The notes beneath the pieces were generated by a model. The model ran no database searches and had not been told where the DNA came from. It saw nothing but the letters and a program-made list of their open reading frames with translations. 44,256 nucleotides of DNA from an uncultured bacterium (GTDB lineage Bacteria > Gemmatimonadota > Gemmatimonadetes > Gemmatimonadales > Gemmatimonadaceae). This document shows, one piece after another, positions 15,798 through 27,100 of this stretch. The translations under genes and the position numbers were made by a program. The stretch covers positions 1-44,256 of the forward strand of contig CAXBQP010000023.1 in NCBI GenBank assembly GCA_963978095.1, read 5' to 3'. Positions within the stretch are counted from its first letter, which is position 1; every line of letters begins with the position of its first letter.

Positions 15798-16853
15798 ATG
15801 GAGGACGGGGCTGCTCGCCGGGAGTTCCCGGTCGAGACCGCGCATGATCATGTGCGCGAACGTGGGTGGGGCCGCGTCACGTTGGTGCTGGTGCTGTTTC
15901 TCATGGTCCCGATCACCCCGCTCCGCCTGCTCTGGCCGGTGGAGAACATGCTCCTGCTGCTCGTGCCGGCGTTCGCCGTCTGCACGGTGGTGGGCTGGAT
16001 GCGGGGCGGGCGTTTCGGCCTCATGCTGCTTTGGGTGGCGGTTGCGGTGTCCATCCTGCTCCCGCTGACATCGGCGGGAGTGGACCGGATCGAGTTGTTG
16101 GCGGCAGGCTGGTCGCTCTTCGTGGCGGCCGCGTTCGGTGCCAGTGCGCTCGTGCGATCGCATGAGTCGCCGCGGCCGTTCTTGCCGAGGGCGCTCGGTG
16201 CGATCGCGCTGACGATCGTGTTGGCGGCCATTGCGGCCGTCGCCGTCCCCGATGGGGGGGCGCGACTGACGCAGGCAGTGTCGGGTGAGCTCGATCGGCG
16301 GGCTGCGCAAACGATCCAGAACTGGCATGTGTCGCAGGGGGCGCCGGAGATGAAGGATTTCATCGCGGCGAACCCGGAGTGGATGACGATCATGCAGGAT
16401 GGGGAACGGCAGTTGCCGATCCTGGCACGGCGCGGGGGGCAACTGTACCCGGCGATGTTGGCGTTGGAGTCGTTGCTGGCCTTGGCATTGGCGTGGGCCC
16501 TGTACCATCGGCTGGCGCGGACCAGAATCGGACCGCCGCTGGCTCGGGTCCGGGAGTTCCGCTTCAATGACCAGTGGGTATGGGGCTTCATCCTGGGCCT
16601 GATGTTGGTCGTCGTGCCGGGGGTCGCCCCGCTGCAGTTGGTGGGCTACAATCTGCTGGTGTTCTTCGGAGTGCTGTACGCGGCGCGCGGATTCGGCGTG
16701 TTGGTCTGGATTCTCGCCCCGGGAAAGATCGTGACGATCCTGCTCACGCTGGTCGTGGCCGTCTTCTGGTACTTGGTCGGCCCGTTGGCGCTGGGGTTGG
16801 GTGTGGGTGATACGTGGCTGGACTGGCGCAACCGCGCCAGGCAGAAATCCTAA
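15798..16853 (+). CDS. DUF2232/YybS-like membrane protein
   Basis: Multi-TM protein between rpsR and rplI ending LGLGVGDTWLDWR; start uncertain. Confidence 0.8.
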   Translation: MEDGAARREFPVETAHDHVRERGWGRVTLVLVLFLMVPITPLRLLWPVENMLLLLVPAFAVCTVVGWMRGGRFGLMLLWVAVAVSILLPLTSAGVDRIELLAAGWSLFVAAAFGASALVRSHESPRPFLPRALGAIALTIVLAAIAAVAVPDGGARLTQAVSGELDRRAAQTIQNWHVSQGAPEMKDFIAANPEWMTIMQDGERQLPILARRGGQLYPAMLALESLLALALAWALYHRLARTRIGPPLARVREFRFNDQWVWGFILGLMLVVVPGVAPLQLVGYNLLVFFGVLYAARGFGVLVWILAPGKIVTILLTLVVAVFWYLVGPLALGLGVGDTWLDWRNRARQKS

Positions 16854-16871
16854 CGTTTGAGAGAGGGTCCC

Positions 16872-17318
16872 ATGGAAGTCATTCTGCGACAGGCGGTCGA
16901 TAAGCTCGGTCATCCGGGCGACATCGTGAAGGTCTCGGCGGGCTACGCACGCAACTTCCTGCTGCCTCGCGGCGCCGCCTACGAGGCGACTCCGGGCAAC
17001 AAGAAGCGGATCGCCCAGGAAAAGGAGCGGCTTGAGGCGGCGGAGAACGCCCGCATCGCCGCCGCTCAGGAATACGCGAACAAGCTCGAGCAGGTCTCGC
17101 TCACCTTCTCCGCGCGCGTCGGCGACGAAGGCAAGCTCTTCGGTTCGGTGACCTCGGCGGACATCCAGCACCAGCTGGAAACCCAGGGGTTCCCGGAAGT
17201 CGAGAAGCGAATGATCGACCTGCCGGAGCCGATCCGCGCGCTGGGCGTCTACAAGGTGCCGATCCGGCTCCACGCCGACGTCAAGCCCGAGATCAAGGTC
17301 TGGATCATCAAGGCCTGA
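16872..17318 (+). CDS. rplI: 50S ribosomal protein L9
   Basis: MEVILRQAVDKLG, GYARNFLLP and GKLFGSVT motifs. Confidence 0.98.
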   Translation: MEVILRQAVDKLGHPGDIVKVSAGYARNFLLPRGAAYEATPGNKKRIAQEKERLEAAENARIAAAQEYANKLEQVSLTFSARVGDEGKLFGSVTSADIQHQLETQGFPEVEKRMIDLPEPIRALGVYKVPIRLHADVKPEIKVWIIKA

Positions 17319-17364
17319 GCGCGCGCCGGTACCGCCCGATGCGGGCGCTCCGCCCCGCTTCACT

Positions 17365-17395
17365 GACGCCCCGCTTTGCGGGGCGTTATTGTTTT
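17365..17395 (+). terminator. Intrinsic terminator after rplI
   Basis: GACGCCCCGC-ttt-GCGGGGCGTT followed by ATTGTTTT. Confidence 0.7.
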
Positions 17396-17503
17396 CCGGA
17401 AGCCTCGCCCGCTCCTGCACCGCGAGGTGCGGCCATGCGGCCAGGGAACATTCGGCCGCGACCGTCCTACAACCCGTTCAGGGCCCTACCGCATTCCCGA
17501 CTC

Positions 17504-17875
17504 ATGAGTGCCGTACCTGCTGCCAGCACCACCATCGGTCTCGACCACGCGCGACGTGCGGCCGCGACGTGCCTGGATCACAAAGCCGCGGACGTCGTGC
17601 TGCTGGACCTGCACGGCGTGACCGACATGACCGACTATTTCGTGGTCGCGTCGGGGACATCAGACACGCATGTGCGCGCCGTGGCCCGTCACGTGGTGGA
17701 GCGGCTCTCCCGCGACGGCGTGTCCGTGGTCTCGGTAGAGGGGTTGGAAGAGGGCAAATGGGTCCTGCTCGACTTCCTGAATTTCGTGGTGCATGTGTTC
17801 CACCCGTCGATGCGGTCGTACTACCAACTCGAGCGACTCTGGGGTGATGCCCCCGAGCTCGCCGTGACACCCTGA
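17504..17875 (+). CDS. rsfS: Ribosome silencing factor
   Basis: KAADVVLLD, DYFVVASG, WVLLDF and YYQLERLWGDA motifs. Confidence 0.96.
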   Translation: MSAVPAASTTIGLDHARRAAATCLDHKAADVVLLDLHGVTDMTDYFVVASGTSDTHVRAVARHVVERLSRDGVSVVSVEGLEEGKWVLLDFLNFVVHVFHPSMRSYYQLERLWGDAPELAVTP

Positions 17876-17889
17876 GTGGGGGTTCGCTG

Positions 17890-20800
17890 ATGTCTCGTCG
17901 CTGGATCGCCGTCGTCTCCCGCCCGTTCGCGCGGGCCGTCCTGCTGGTGGCATGCCTCGTGTCGACCGCGCTCGCACCGGATGTCGTCCGCGCACAAGGC
18001 TACTTCGGGCAGAACCAAGTCCAGTTCCAAGTGTTCCAGTGGCGCGTCTACAAGACCGAGCATTTCGACGTCCACTACTACCAGGGCATGGCGGAGGGCG
18101 CCAAGATCGCCGCCCGCATGGCGGAGCGGTCGTACGCCAGACTGTCGCGCCTCATGGGGTACACGTTCAAGGAACGGAAGCCGATCGTCGTCTTTGCCTC
18201 CCGCGGGGATTTCGCGCAGAACAACGTCACGGGGGATCTGGGCGAAGGCACCGGCGGCGTGACCGACGCGATGCATCAGCGCAACATGTTCTTCTTCGGC
18301 AGCGATCTCGCCGAAGTCGAGCATGTCATGGCGCACGAGATGGTGCACCAGTTCCAGTACGACATCATGTTCAAGGGGCGCACGGGCGGCGCGCAGCAGA
18401 TGATCGAGGGCGACAACCTGCCGCTCTGGTTCGCGGAAGGGATGGCGGAGTACCTGTCGATCGGCCCGGACCACAAGGCGACCGACGCGATCATGCGCGA
18501 CGCGGCCCTCAACGGCAATCTGCCCACGATCAAGCAGTTGAAGGATGAACCCAACCGGTTCTTCCCGTATCGCTACGGAGAATCGTTCTGGCGTTTCATC
18601 GGCCAGCGATGGGGAGACGAGATCGTCGGCGAGATCCTGCAGGCCACGGCGACGATCGGAGTGGAGCGTGGCTTCAAGCGCCATACCGGCTTCGAGCTCG
18701 ACGAACTCGGCGACGAGTGGAAGGAAACGCAACAGACGAACTATCTGCCCGCGGTCGCAACGCTCGAGCGTCCACGCAAGAACGCGCAGGCGCTGCTCAA
18801 CGAGAAGAAGACCGGCGGGATCATCCCCGTATATGTGGCACCGGCACTCTCGAGCGACGGCAAGCAGATCGCGTACATCTCCACCGGGTCGCTGTTGCGG
18901 GCGGAGGTGTTCCTCGACCTGTACCTCGCCGACGCCACGACCGGCAAGCGCACCAAGCGGCTCACGAACAGCGTGCTGAATCCCGAAACGGAGGAACTGC
19001 GCTACGTCTATTCGCAGAGCGCCTTCTCCCCCGACGGGCGCACGCTGGCCTATACCGGCATGCGCAAGGGCAAGGATGTCCTCTTTTTGCTCGACCTGCG
19101 GTCACGCGAGGTGATCCGCCGGCTCGACACCGACCTCGATGCGATGGTGGGCCCGACCTTCTCGCCGGACGGGAAGCGGATCGCGTTCAGTGGCAGCAAG
19201 GGCGGATCGACCAACATCTACGTCATCGATGCGGACGGGCGGAACCTCAAGCAACTGACGAACGGATGGTATGCCGGACTGATGCCCTCGTGGTCGCCGG
19301 ACGGCCGCAAGATCGCATTCGTCAGCGACCGCGGACCGAAGACGAACCTCGAGTTGCTCCGCTTCGGAAAGTGGGAGATCAACCTCCTCGATCTGGCGAC
19401 GGGTGCGATCGAGACCATCCCCGGTCAGGGCGGCAAGAATCTCAACCCCGCCTGGGCGCCGGACGGGAAATCGCTGGCATTCATCAGTGACCGCACCGGG
19501 ATCGCGCAGATCTTCCTGTACGATTTCGAGGCGAAGGAGCACTACCAGCTGACGCGCTACATCGGCGGCGTGCTCTCCCTGACGGAAAACAGTCCGGCCA
19601 TCACCTGGGCGCGCCAGGCGGACAAGTTGGCGTTCGTGTACTACGACAACAACGACTACACGGTGTGGTCGATCTCGAACCCGCGCCAACTCAAGAAGGA
19701 GCCGTACCGCGAACCGACGGCCACCGCCGTGGTCGCGAGCGCGGAACGTCCCCCGGTGACCGCCGAGGATTCGGCGACGGCACGTCGTGCGCAGGCGGCG
19801 ATGGCGGTGTCGGACATTGCCAAGGCCTCGAAGGATTCCGCGCTGGCCGTGCCACCCAACCCGCGTCGAGTGTCCATCTATCGCGGGGTGGGTGGGATGC
19901 GCGCGTCGGGGGAACTCCCCGCGCCGGGAAGCCCCGGCGCGACCTCGCCGGTGTCGGTGGCGGCGCTCATGGACAGTTCCTCGCTCGCCCTGCCGAGTGA
20001 CGCCAGCATCAAGGACGAGCCGTACAAGGCGGAGCTCCGCGCGGAAGCGGTGCAACGGCCGCAAGTCGGATATGCCCAGGACAACTACCAGCGGGGCGTC
20101 TACGGCGGCACCGCCATCCTCTTTGCCGACCTGCTGGGCAATCGCCAGCTGCTTGCCGGCCTCGCCATCAATGGACGGGTGGAGGAGGCGCAGGTCGCGC
20201 TCAACTACACGAACTTCTCCAATCGGCTGAACTTCTCGACCGGATTCAATCAGAGTCCATTCTACCTGTTCACCGGGTACTCGACGGATCAGGTCGGGAC
20301 CGGTCAGTACTATCAGCGTCAGTCGCTGATGCGCTACATCGTCCGGACGGCGAACTACAATGCGATCTACCCCATCAATCGCTTCACGCGATTCGAGATC
20401 GGCGCCGCCTACACGAACATCGACCGCAGCGCGATGTATCTGTCCCAGGGCATCGACTTCAACTCCGGGTACAGCACTGGGTTCTACGTCGACAGCGTGC
20501 GGGGGTTGGGGTCGTTGAACTTCGTGAACCCGGTGGCCGCGTTCGTCTCGGATAATGCGCTGCAGAGCTACACGGGGCCCATCTACGGGCACCGGTACCG
20601 CGTCGAAGTCTCCCCGTGGGTCGGCGTGCGGGACACGAAGGGTTTCGTGAACGTGCTCGCGGACCTGCGGCGCTACGATGCGATCGCGTTCAGCTTCCTG
20701 ACGCTGGCCACCCGCCTCTATGCGGACATCTCGCAGGGACCGGGCGAGAGCCTCATCCAGAAATACATCGGCGTCCCGCAGTACATCCGGGGCTACGACC

Positions 20801-21198
20801 GGGAGAACTACCTGTCGTCGAATTGCGGATCCACGAACGCCAATGACTGCAACGCCCTGATGCAACTGGTGGGCAGTCATACGTTGGTGATGAACGCGGA
20901 ACTGCGATTCCCGCTGATCCGGCGCTTCGAGCTTGGCGTGTTGCCGGTCTCCTTGCCGCCGCTGGACGGTCTGTTCTTCTACGACGCCGGCATGGCGTGG
21001 AGCTCCGGGCAGACGCTCACGGCCGCCAAGCCCGACGTGTACGATTTCAACAAGCAGCGGTTCCTGCTGCGGAGCTACGGCTACGGTCTGCGGTTGAACC
21101 TGTTCAACTTCGCGATCATTCGGTGGGATTACTCGATTCCGCTGGACTCGTTCAACCACAAGGGCTATTGGTGGTGGTCGATCGGTCAGTCGTTCTGA
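17890..21198 (+). CDS. Outer-membrane protein: zincin (MA-clan) peptidase domain + PD40/TolB-like propeller + Omp85/BamA-like barrel
   Basis: Signal peptide; HEMVH...WFAEGMAEY; repeated P(A/S)(W/F)SPDGxxIAF; YIRGY, NAELRFPL and a C-terminal Phe. Confidence 0.82.
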   Translation: MSRRWIAVVSRPFARAVLLVACLVSTALAPDVVRAQGYFGQNQVQFQVFQWRVYKTEHFDVHYYQGMAEGAKIAARMAERSYARLSRLMGYTFKERKPIVVFASRGDFAQNNVTGDLGEGTGGVTDAMHQRNMFFFGSDLAEVEHVMAHEMVHQFQYDIMFKGRTGGAQQMIEGDNLPLWFAEGMAEYLSIGPDHKATDAIMRDAALNGNLPTIKQLKDEPNRFFPYRYGESFWRFIGQRWGDEIVGEILQATATIGVERGFKRHTGFELDELGDEWKETQQTNYLPAVATLERPRKNAQALLNEKKTGGIIPVYVAPALSSDGKQIAYISTGSLLRAEVFLDLYLADATTGKRTKRLTNSVLNPETEELRYVYSQSAFSPDGRTLAYTGMRKGKDVLFLLDLRSREVIRRLDTDLDAMVGPTFSPDGKRIAFSGSKGGSTNIYVIDADGRNLKQLTNGWYAGLMPSWSPDGRKIAFVSDRGPKTNLELLRFGKWEINLLDLATGAIETIPGQGGKNLNPAWAPDGKSLAFISDRTGIAQIFLYDFEAKEHYQLTRYIGGVLSLTENSPAITWARQADKLAFVYYDNNDYTVWSISNPRQLKKEPYREPTATAVVASAERPPVTAEDSATARRAQAAMAVSDIAKASKDSALAVPPNPRRVSIYRGVGGMRASGELPAPGSPGATSPVSVAALMDSSSLALPSDASIKDEPYKAELRAEAVQRPQVGYAQDNYQRGVYGGTAILFADLLGNRQLLAGLAINGRVEEAQVALNYTNFSNRLNFSTGFNQSPFYLFTGYSTDQVGTGQYYQRQSLMRYIVRTANYNAIYPINRFTRFEIGAAYTNIDRSAMYLSQGIDFNSGYSTGFYVDSVRGLGSLNFVNPVAAFVSDNALQSYTGPIYGHRYRVEVSPWVGVRDTKGFVNVLADLRRYDAIAFSFLTLATRLYADISQGPGESLIQKYIGVPQYIRGYDRENYLSSNCGSTNANDCNALMQLVGSHTLVMNAELRFPLIRRFELGVLPVSLPPLDGLFFYDAGMAWSSGQTLTAAKPDVYDFNKQRFLLRSYGYGLRLNLFNFAIIRWDYSIPLDSFNHKGYWWWSIGQSF

Positions 21199-21286
21199 CG
21201 CGATTGTCATCGGCACGGCGCGGCGGCCCGGGGGACCAGGGTCGCCGCGCTTTTCCGTCGCGGGGGGCCTCCGGTTAGATTCCAGC

Positions 21287-22801
21287 GTGCGCAGATCGCT
21301 CCTTTTCCTGCTCGCGCTCACCGCCTGTTCCGGGGGTGACGCGTCGAGCCGCAACGCATCGGCGTCGGCGGCCAACGGTCCCGACGCGATTCTGGTGCGC
21401 GTCCCGAAGGACGGGGGAGCGGCGAAGGCGTATCGTTTCGGTCGTGACTCCGCGCTGTGGACGTCCTCGGAGCGGGTCCCTCCCATGCGGCGCGTGCTCG
21501 GATTCGACGACGAGCAAGGGGCGATCGCCTATCTCGACGACAAGGGGAGCGCGAGCCGCCTGGATCTGCGTCTCGCGGTCGCCACGCCGGCGGCGACGGG
21601 GACACTCACCGGCGTCACGAGCGCGGACGGATGGGCGGTGTACGGGTTGGCGACCAACGGGCAGGTGTCGCGCACGACGCCCAGCGGCAGCTGGTCGTAT
21701 GCGCCGGCTCCCCCCGCGCGCCTGCTGATTCCGCTACCGGACGGCTCGCTCGTGCTCGTGCATGACGAGGGCAATCGCTCGCGCCTGCGGCGGCTCCGGC
21801 CACCGGAGCCAAGGATCACCGACACCAACTCGGTGCCACATCCGGCGCTGGTGATGCGCACGGACATCGGGGACCGCATCTACTTCACCGGTGACTCCGG
21901 CCTCGTGGGCATCCGGGTGCGCGACTTCACGCGCACCAAGACGATCAAACTCCCACAGCGGGCGACGGCACTGGTCGCGACGCCGAGTGGCGACCGCATT
22001 TTTGTGGCGCTCGAGGGGAAGAAGCGGTTCGCGATCGTCGATCGCTACGCCGACAAAGTGGACCGCACCGTGGATCTCCCGGATGTGGCGACGGCCCTGC
22101 GCATCGACTCTGACGGGCAATATCTGCTGATCAAGGGGGCCTCCAGCGACTCGACCTTCGTGTTCGCGATCGGGAGTGGGCGACTCATCGGGGCCGTTCG
22201 GTCCGAATGGCGCGAAGACCTCCCCGTGGTCGGTCCGGACGGCGGGATCGCCATCGTTCGGGACAGCGATGTGGTGATCATCGATGCAGAGTCGCGCCGG
22301 GAGCGTGTGCGGTTCCGCGGAGGCGCCGGCGACCGGTGGACGTTGGTGCGGTGGAACGGGTTCCGCCCGCGCGCCGCCGGCCTCGACTCCCCGGTCACGT
22401 TCGATGATGACTCCACCGACGATCGCGCCGCCGGACCGCCCGCCGATACCGCTCGTGCGGCCTCGTCGGCGCCGGAGCCAGTACCGGCCGTCATCAAGCC
22501 GGTTGCCCCATCCGCCGCGCCCCCTGCACCGGCATCACCGACTTCGCCGAAACCCAGTCCGCCGGCCGCGCCCACCGGGCGCTGGACGATTGCCTTCGCA
22601 TCGCTGCTCTCCGAGGAGCGCGCCAAAGCCATGGCGCAGTCCATCAAGGTGGACGGCAAGCCTACGCAAGTGCTTGCGATGTCGACCAATGGCACGACCT
22701 CGTGGCGCATCGTCTTCGGGCCCTTCGATTCTCGTGACGCCGCCGAGAAGGCGGGCAAGAAGACGGGGCTCCCGTATTGGGTGTTCGAGGCCACGCCGTG
22801 A
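21287..22801 (+). CDS. Lipoprotein with beta-propeller-like region, Pro-rich linker and C-terminal SPOR domain
   Basis: Lipobox LTAC; C-terminal WRIVFGPFDSRDAAEKA. Confidence 0.78.
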   Translation: MRRSLLFLLALTACSGGDASSRNASASAANGPDAILVRVPKDGGAAKAYRFGRDSALWTSSERVPPMRRVLGFDDEQGAIAYLDDKGSASRLDLRLAVATPAATGTLTGVTSADGWAVYGLATNGQVSRTTPSGSWSYAPAPPARLLIPLPDGSLVLVHDEGNRSRLRRLRPPEPRITDTNSVPHPALVMRTDIGDRIYFTGDSGLVGIRVRDFTRTKTIKLPQRATALVATPSGDRIFVALEGKKRFAIVDRYADKVDRTVDLPDVATALRIDSDGQYLLIKGASSDSTFVFAIGSGRLIGAVRSEWREDLPVVGPDGGIAIVRDSDVVIIDAESRRERVRFRGGAGDRWTLVRWNGFRPRAAGLDSPVTFDDDSTDDRAAGPPADTARAASSAPEPVPAVIKPVAPSAAPPAPASPTSPKPSPPAAPTGRWTIAFASLLSEERAKAMAQSIKVDGKPTQVLAMSTNGTTSWRIVFGPFDSRDAAEKAGKKTGLPYWVFEATP

Positions 22802-24195
22802 GCGACGCGCCGCACGACGAGGTGCACGACGAGGTGCACGATCTGTCCGGCACCGACGACGGCCCCCTGCTCGCCCCTCCCGTGAACCACTGGGAGGCTG
22901 AGGGGCTTCGTCTTGTCGAATCGCTCCGTGACGTGTCGTCAGCCCTGGTCGTGGGGCTCGACCCGGATGCGACCGCACGCGTGGCAATCGGGCTCGCGCA
23001 GGGCTGGCGGAGCAAGAAAGGGGTTGCCGTGGGCGACCTCACGGGTTTCGCATTTCCACTGTACGAGCTCGCCGGGGGTGAGGACGCCGCGGGCCTCACC
23101 GACTGCTTCCGCGACGACCTCTCGCTCAATGACATCGCACGTCCAGCCCCGCGTGCCGAGGGACTTTTCGTTCTTCCGGCGGGAACCCCGCCGATCGCCA
23201 CCGAGGCGTTCTTCCGGCACGAGCGCTGGGAGAAGTTGATCGGGGGGTTCGCGCAGGCCGGCGGGTTGCTGTTGCTGATTGCCCCGCTCGGAGCGGTCGG
23301 ATTGGAGCATCTGGCATCGCTGGTGGGCGGAGTGATTGCGGTGGACGTGCCGCAGAATCGGCGTCAGGCCTACCACCTGCTCGGCGCCGCGAATGCCCCG
23401 GAGGCCCGCGGTCAGCCCGGGCGAGGATGGGGGCCGACCGCGGCCCCGTCGGGGCGTGCTCCCGGACCCGGACGGCCGCCGTTGGCGGCCCGGAGAACGC
23501 GACGCCTCGTCGCGGTGATCGGCGCCTTGGGCCTGCTGATATCGGCGGGTTGGGGGGCTCTTGTCTGGCGGTCAGGGCACGCCTCCGCTCCCCGAGCTAG
23601 AATCGTGCCCCCACCGGTGCCTGCGGCCCGGGACACCACGCCGGTGCAACTCGTGGTTCCGAAGGCCGACACGATCCCGATCAGCGACCCCACCGCCGGG
23701 GCGGATTCGCTACTCGGCGTCCCGTATGCCGTCAATGTCGTAGCGGCGAATACGGTCGCGGGTGCAAATTCCGTGCTTCAAGATGGAGAGAAGGCGATCC
23801 TCCTCCCCGCGGTGACCGTATCCCCGGTCACCCTCGGTGGCGGAACGGTATGGTATCAGGTGATCATCGGGGCGTATGCGACGCGCGCCGACGCGGACGA
23901 CATGCTGCAGCTGCTGCGGCGCAAAGGGGTCGTGCGCACCGATGGGGGCGTGGTGGTCCGACTGCCGTATGCGCTGCTCGTGGCGGACGGCGTTTCGGTG
24001 ACGGAGGCGCACGCGGTGGTCTCCGGCTGGCGGGCGAAGGAGATCATGGCGTATGCCCTGTTGCAGGCGGATGGGCGGGTGCGCGTGCTGGCTGGTGCGT
24101 TCGAGACGCCGGCGCAAGCCGCACCGTTGGCTGCACAGTTGCGGCGCGCCGGGGTTCCGGCGTCGGTCGTTTATCGTCTAGGGAGAATGTTCTAA
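22798..24195 (+). CDS. Membrane-anchored SPOR-domain protein with degenerate ParA/BY-kinase-like N-terminal domain
   Basis: GLTDCFRDDLSLNDIA...GLFVLPAGTPP, one TM, then WYQVIIGAYATRADA and RVLAGAFETPAQA (two SPOR-like repeats). Confidence 0.7.
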   Translation: MSDAPHDEVHDEVHDLSGTDDGPLLAPPVNHWEAEGLRLVESLRDVSSALVVGLDPDATARVAIGLAQGWRSKKGVAVGDLTGFAFPLYELAGGEDAAGLTDCFRDDLSLNDIARPAPRAEGLFVLPAGTPPIATEAFFRHERWEKLIGGFAQAGGLLLLIAPLGAVGLEHLASLVGGVIAVDVPQNRRQAYHLLGAANAPEARGQPGRGWGPTAAPSGRAPGPGRPPLAARRTRRLVAVIGALGLLISAGWGALVWRSGHASAPRARIVPPPVPAARDTTPVQLVVPKADTIPISDPTAGADSLLGVPYAVNVVAANTVAGANSVLQDGEKAILLPAVTVSPVTLGGGTVWYQVIIGAYATRADADDMLQLLRRKGVVRTDGGVVVRLPYALLVADGVSVTEAHAVVSGWRAKEIMAYALLQADGRVRVLAGAFETPAQAAPLAAQLRRAGVPASVVYRLGRMF

Positions 24196-24196
24196 C

Positions 24197-27100
24197 GTGC
24201 GGTTGACCAAACTCGAGTTGCATGGCTTCAAGTCCTTCGCGGACCCGACCGAACTCCTGTTCAGTCAGGGCGTCACCGCGGTCGTGGGGCCGAACGGCTG
24301 CGGCAAGTCCAACGTGTCCGACGCGGTGCGGTGGGTCCTGGGCGAGCAGCGGGCGCGCCTGTTGCGCGGCGCCAAGATGGAGGAAGTCATCTTCCAGGGA
24401 TCGTCCGCCCGCCGCGCGGTGAACCTCGCCGAAGTCTCGCTGCATTTCGAAAACGACGATGGTGCCTTGCCGGTGCCGTTCAAGGAAGTCGTGATCACCC
24501 GGCGCCTGTCGCGCTCCGGCGAAAGCGAGTACTTCCTGAACCGCGCGCCCTGCCGCCTGCGCGACATCCATGACCTCGTGCGAGGCACCGGCCTCGGCGC
24601 CGACAGCGGCGTGGTGATCGAGAGCAAGATGATCGACGCACTGCTGTCGGATCGTCCGGATGACCGCCGCGAACTCTTCGAAGAAGCGGCGGGCGTCGGA
24701 CTGTATCGCGACCGTCGCCGGAGCACCGAGCGCAGCCTCGAGCAGACCACCGCCGACATGGCGCGCCTCGACGACCTGATCAACGAGGTGACGAGCCAGG
24801 TGCGGTCCCTGGCGCGCCAACGGAAGCGCGCCGAACGGCACGCCGAAATCACCACCCGCCGATTCGCCGTGGAGCTCACCCTCGCCTCGCGCGAGATGGC
24901 GGCATGGAAGGACGAACTCGAGCAGCTCGACGCGCGTCTGGTGCAACTGCGCGCGCAGCTGCCGCACGCGCAGAATGAGGTCGTGGTCAAGGAATCACAG
25001 CGCGATACGGCGCACGCCGCGCGTGCGGCGGCGGAAACCGTGCGGCACGAGCGGGCTCGGGTGGCGGGTGAGGCACGCGAAGCGGCGCTCACGTTGCAGG
25101 GGGAGATCGCGGTCGCCGAGGAACGCCACCGCAATGCCGTGAGCCGTCGGGAGCGCGCCGAGGCGGAGCGCAGTGAAGGCGCGGCGATCGGCGAGCGCGT
25201 GGTCGCCGAGTGGGAAGCCGCACGCGAGGAGGAAGCGCAGACGACCATCGCGTTGCAGGCCGCCGTCGAGGCACTGCAACAGCAGACGGCCGTCGAAGAA
25301 GCCACTCGCACCGCCGTGACGCAATCGCGCTCGGCGCTGGAGCGCGCCGACCAGCACGTGCGCTCGCTGCGTGACGCACTGCGCCGCCTGGAACTCGACC
25401 GCGAGGGGGCAGAGCGCGAACTCGCGGATGTCGCACAACGCTCGGCCACGCTCGCGGTGGAACATGAGGCGCTCGCGTCCACGCAACGACTCGCGGAACG
25501 CGAACTCGCCACGGCCGACGAACAGCTTGCGATCGCACAGAGCGCCGCACTCGAGGCGGATGCCGCACTGTCGCAGGCGCGGGATCATGCCCGCGACTGG
25601 CGCGAGAAGGACACCGCCGCCCGCGCCGACGCGCGCAAGGCCGAGGAAGCGACCGCCGGCCTCGCCGGTCGGGTGAACGCCATCGAAGGACTCGAACGCG
25701 AGCGCGTGGGCCTCGCCCCGGGCGCGGCACGACTGCTGAAGGACCGCGAACAGTTCGGCGAGGGTGCGGTTCTCGGTCCCTTGTCCGATTACATCGGTGC
25801 CGATGCGACCACCGCGATGTTGGTGGAGCGCTTCCTCGGCCCCACCGTCCATGCCGTCGTGATCCGCGATGCGGCAGTGGCCACGGCCGTGCGTGAGTGG
25901 CACGGGCGGACGAACCCCGGTGCCCTGCTGCTGCTGCCCCTCGACGTCGTGGCGCAGCTGCCGGACGCCGCCGAAGCGGAGGAGCTATCCGCCTCGGTGC
26001 AAACGGACGGCCCCGTCCGTGGATGGGTACGGACGTTGCTCGGCCGCGTGAAGGCCGTGGACTCGGGCTCGGCGTTCGTCGATGCTCGCGGTGCCGTGTG
26101 GCTCCCAGATTCCACATCATCGGATGGTCCCCTCCGTCGTCGCGCCGAGCTGACCAAGTTGCGCGAGTCACTCACGCTCAGCGAGGCCGCCCGCGATCAC
26201 GCCACGGCCGCACTCGCCGAAGTGCACGCGGCGTTGCTGACGGCGGAGTCCCAGGCCACGGCGTCCGCGGATGCGTCGACCCAGGCGCACGCGCGGTCCC
26301 AGCAGGTCGCCTTGCAACGCGCCGAACGTGAGCGTGCATACCAACGCGCCACGCGGGAGCTCGCGGATGCCGTCGCCCTCAGCGAACGGCTCTCCGGTCG
26401 CCGGAATGACCTCACCACCCGCGTGACGCAGAGCATCGCCGCCCAGGAAGAACAAGGGGTCGCGCTCGCGACCGCCGAACAGGTGGCGAGCACGGCGCGC
26501 GAGACGCTCGCCGAGTCCGACCGGGCGCAGGATGCGGCACGAGAGGCGCGTTCGGGAGCGCAAGTTTCGCACGCCCAAGCCCAGGCCCGTCGGGAAGTCG
26601 CCACGGAGCGGCGGGCGCGTCTCGAGCGCGAGCGGGCCCATGCGGCCGCACGCCTCGAGACCCTGCAGCAGGAGCTCAGCGCGCTCGCCGAAGGCGATGC
26701 GGTGCTCGAGCGACAGATGCAGGAATGGCGCGACTCGCTGGCCGGACGCCAGCGCACGCTCGCCGAAGCCGAAGCGTCGCTGGCCGACGCCGAGCAGGGC
26801 GTACGCACCGCGGACGCCGAGCTCGCGGCGGTCGAGCAGGCACTCGATCAGTCCCGCCATGACGTTACGGCACTTGGCGAATCGTTGCATGCCGCCGAAC
26901 TCCGACACACCGAGCTGTCCGGCAAGCGTGCCGCGATCACCGAGCGGCTCGAGGCCGAATGGCGTCGCCCGCTCGGCGACCTGTTCGCCGATTACACCCC
27001 CGTCGAGGCCGAGGACGAGGCGCTGCGCGCCGAGGCCGACGAACTGCGTTCGGCCTTGGAATCACTGGGCCCGGTGAACCCGTTGGCCATCGAGGAGCAC

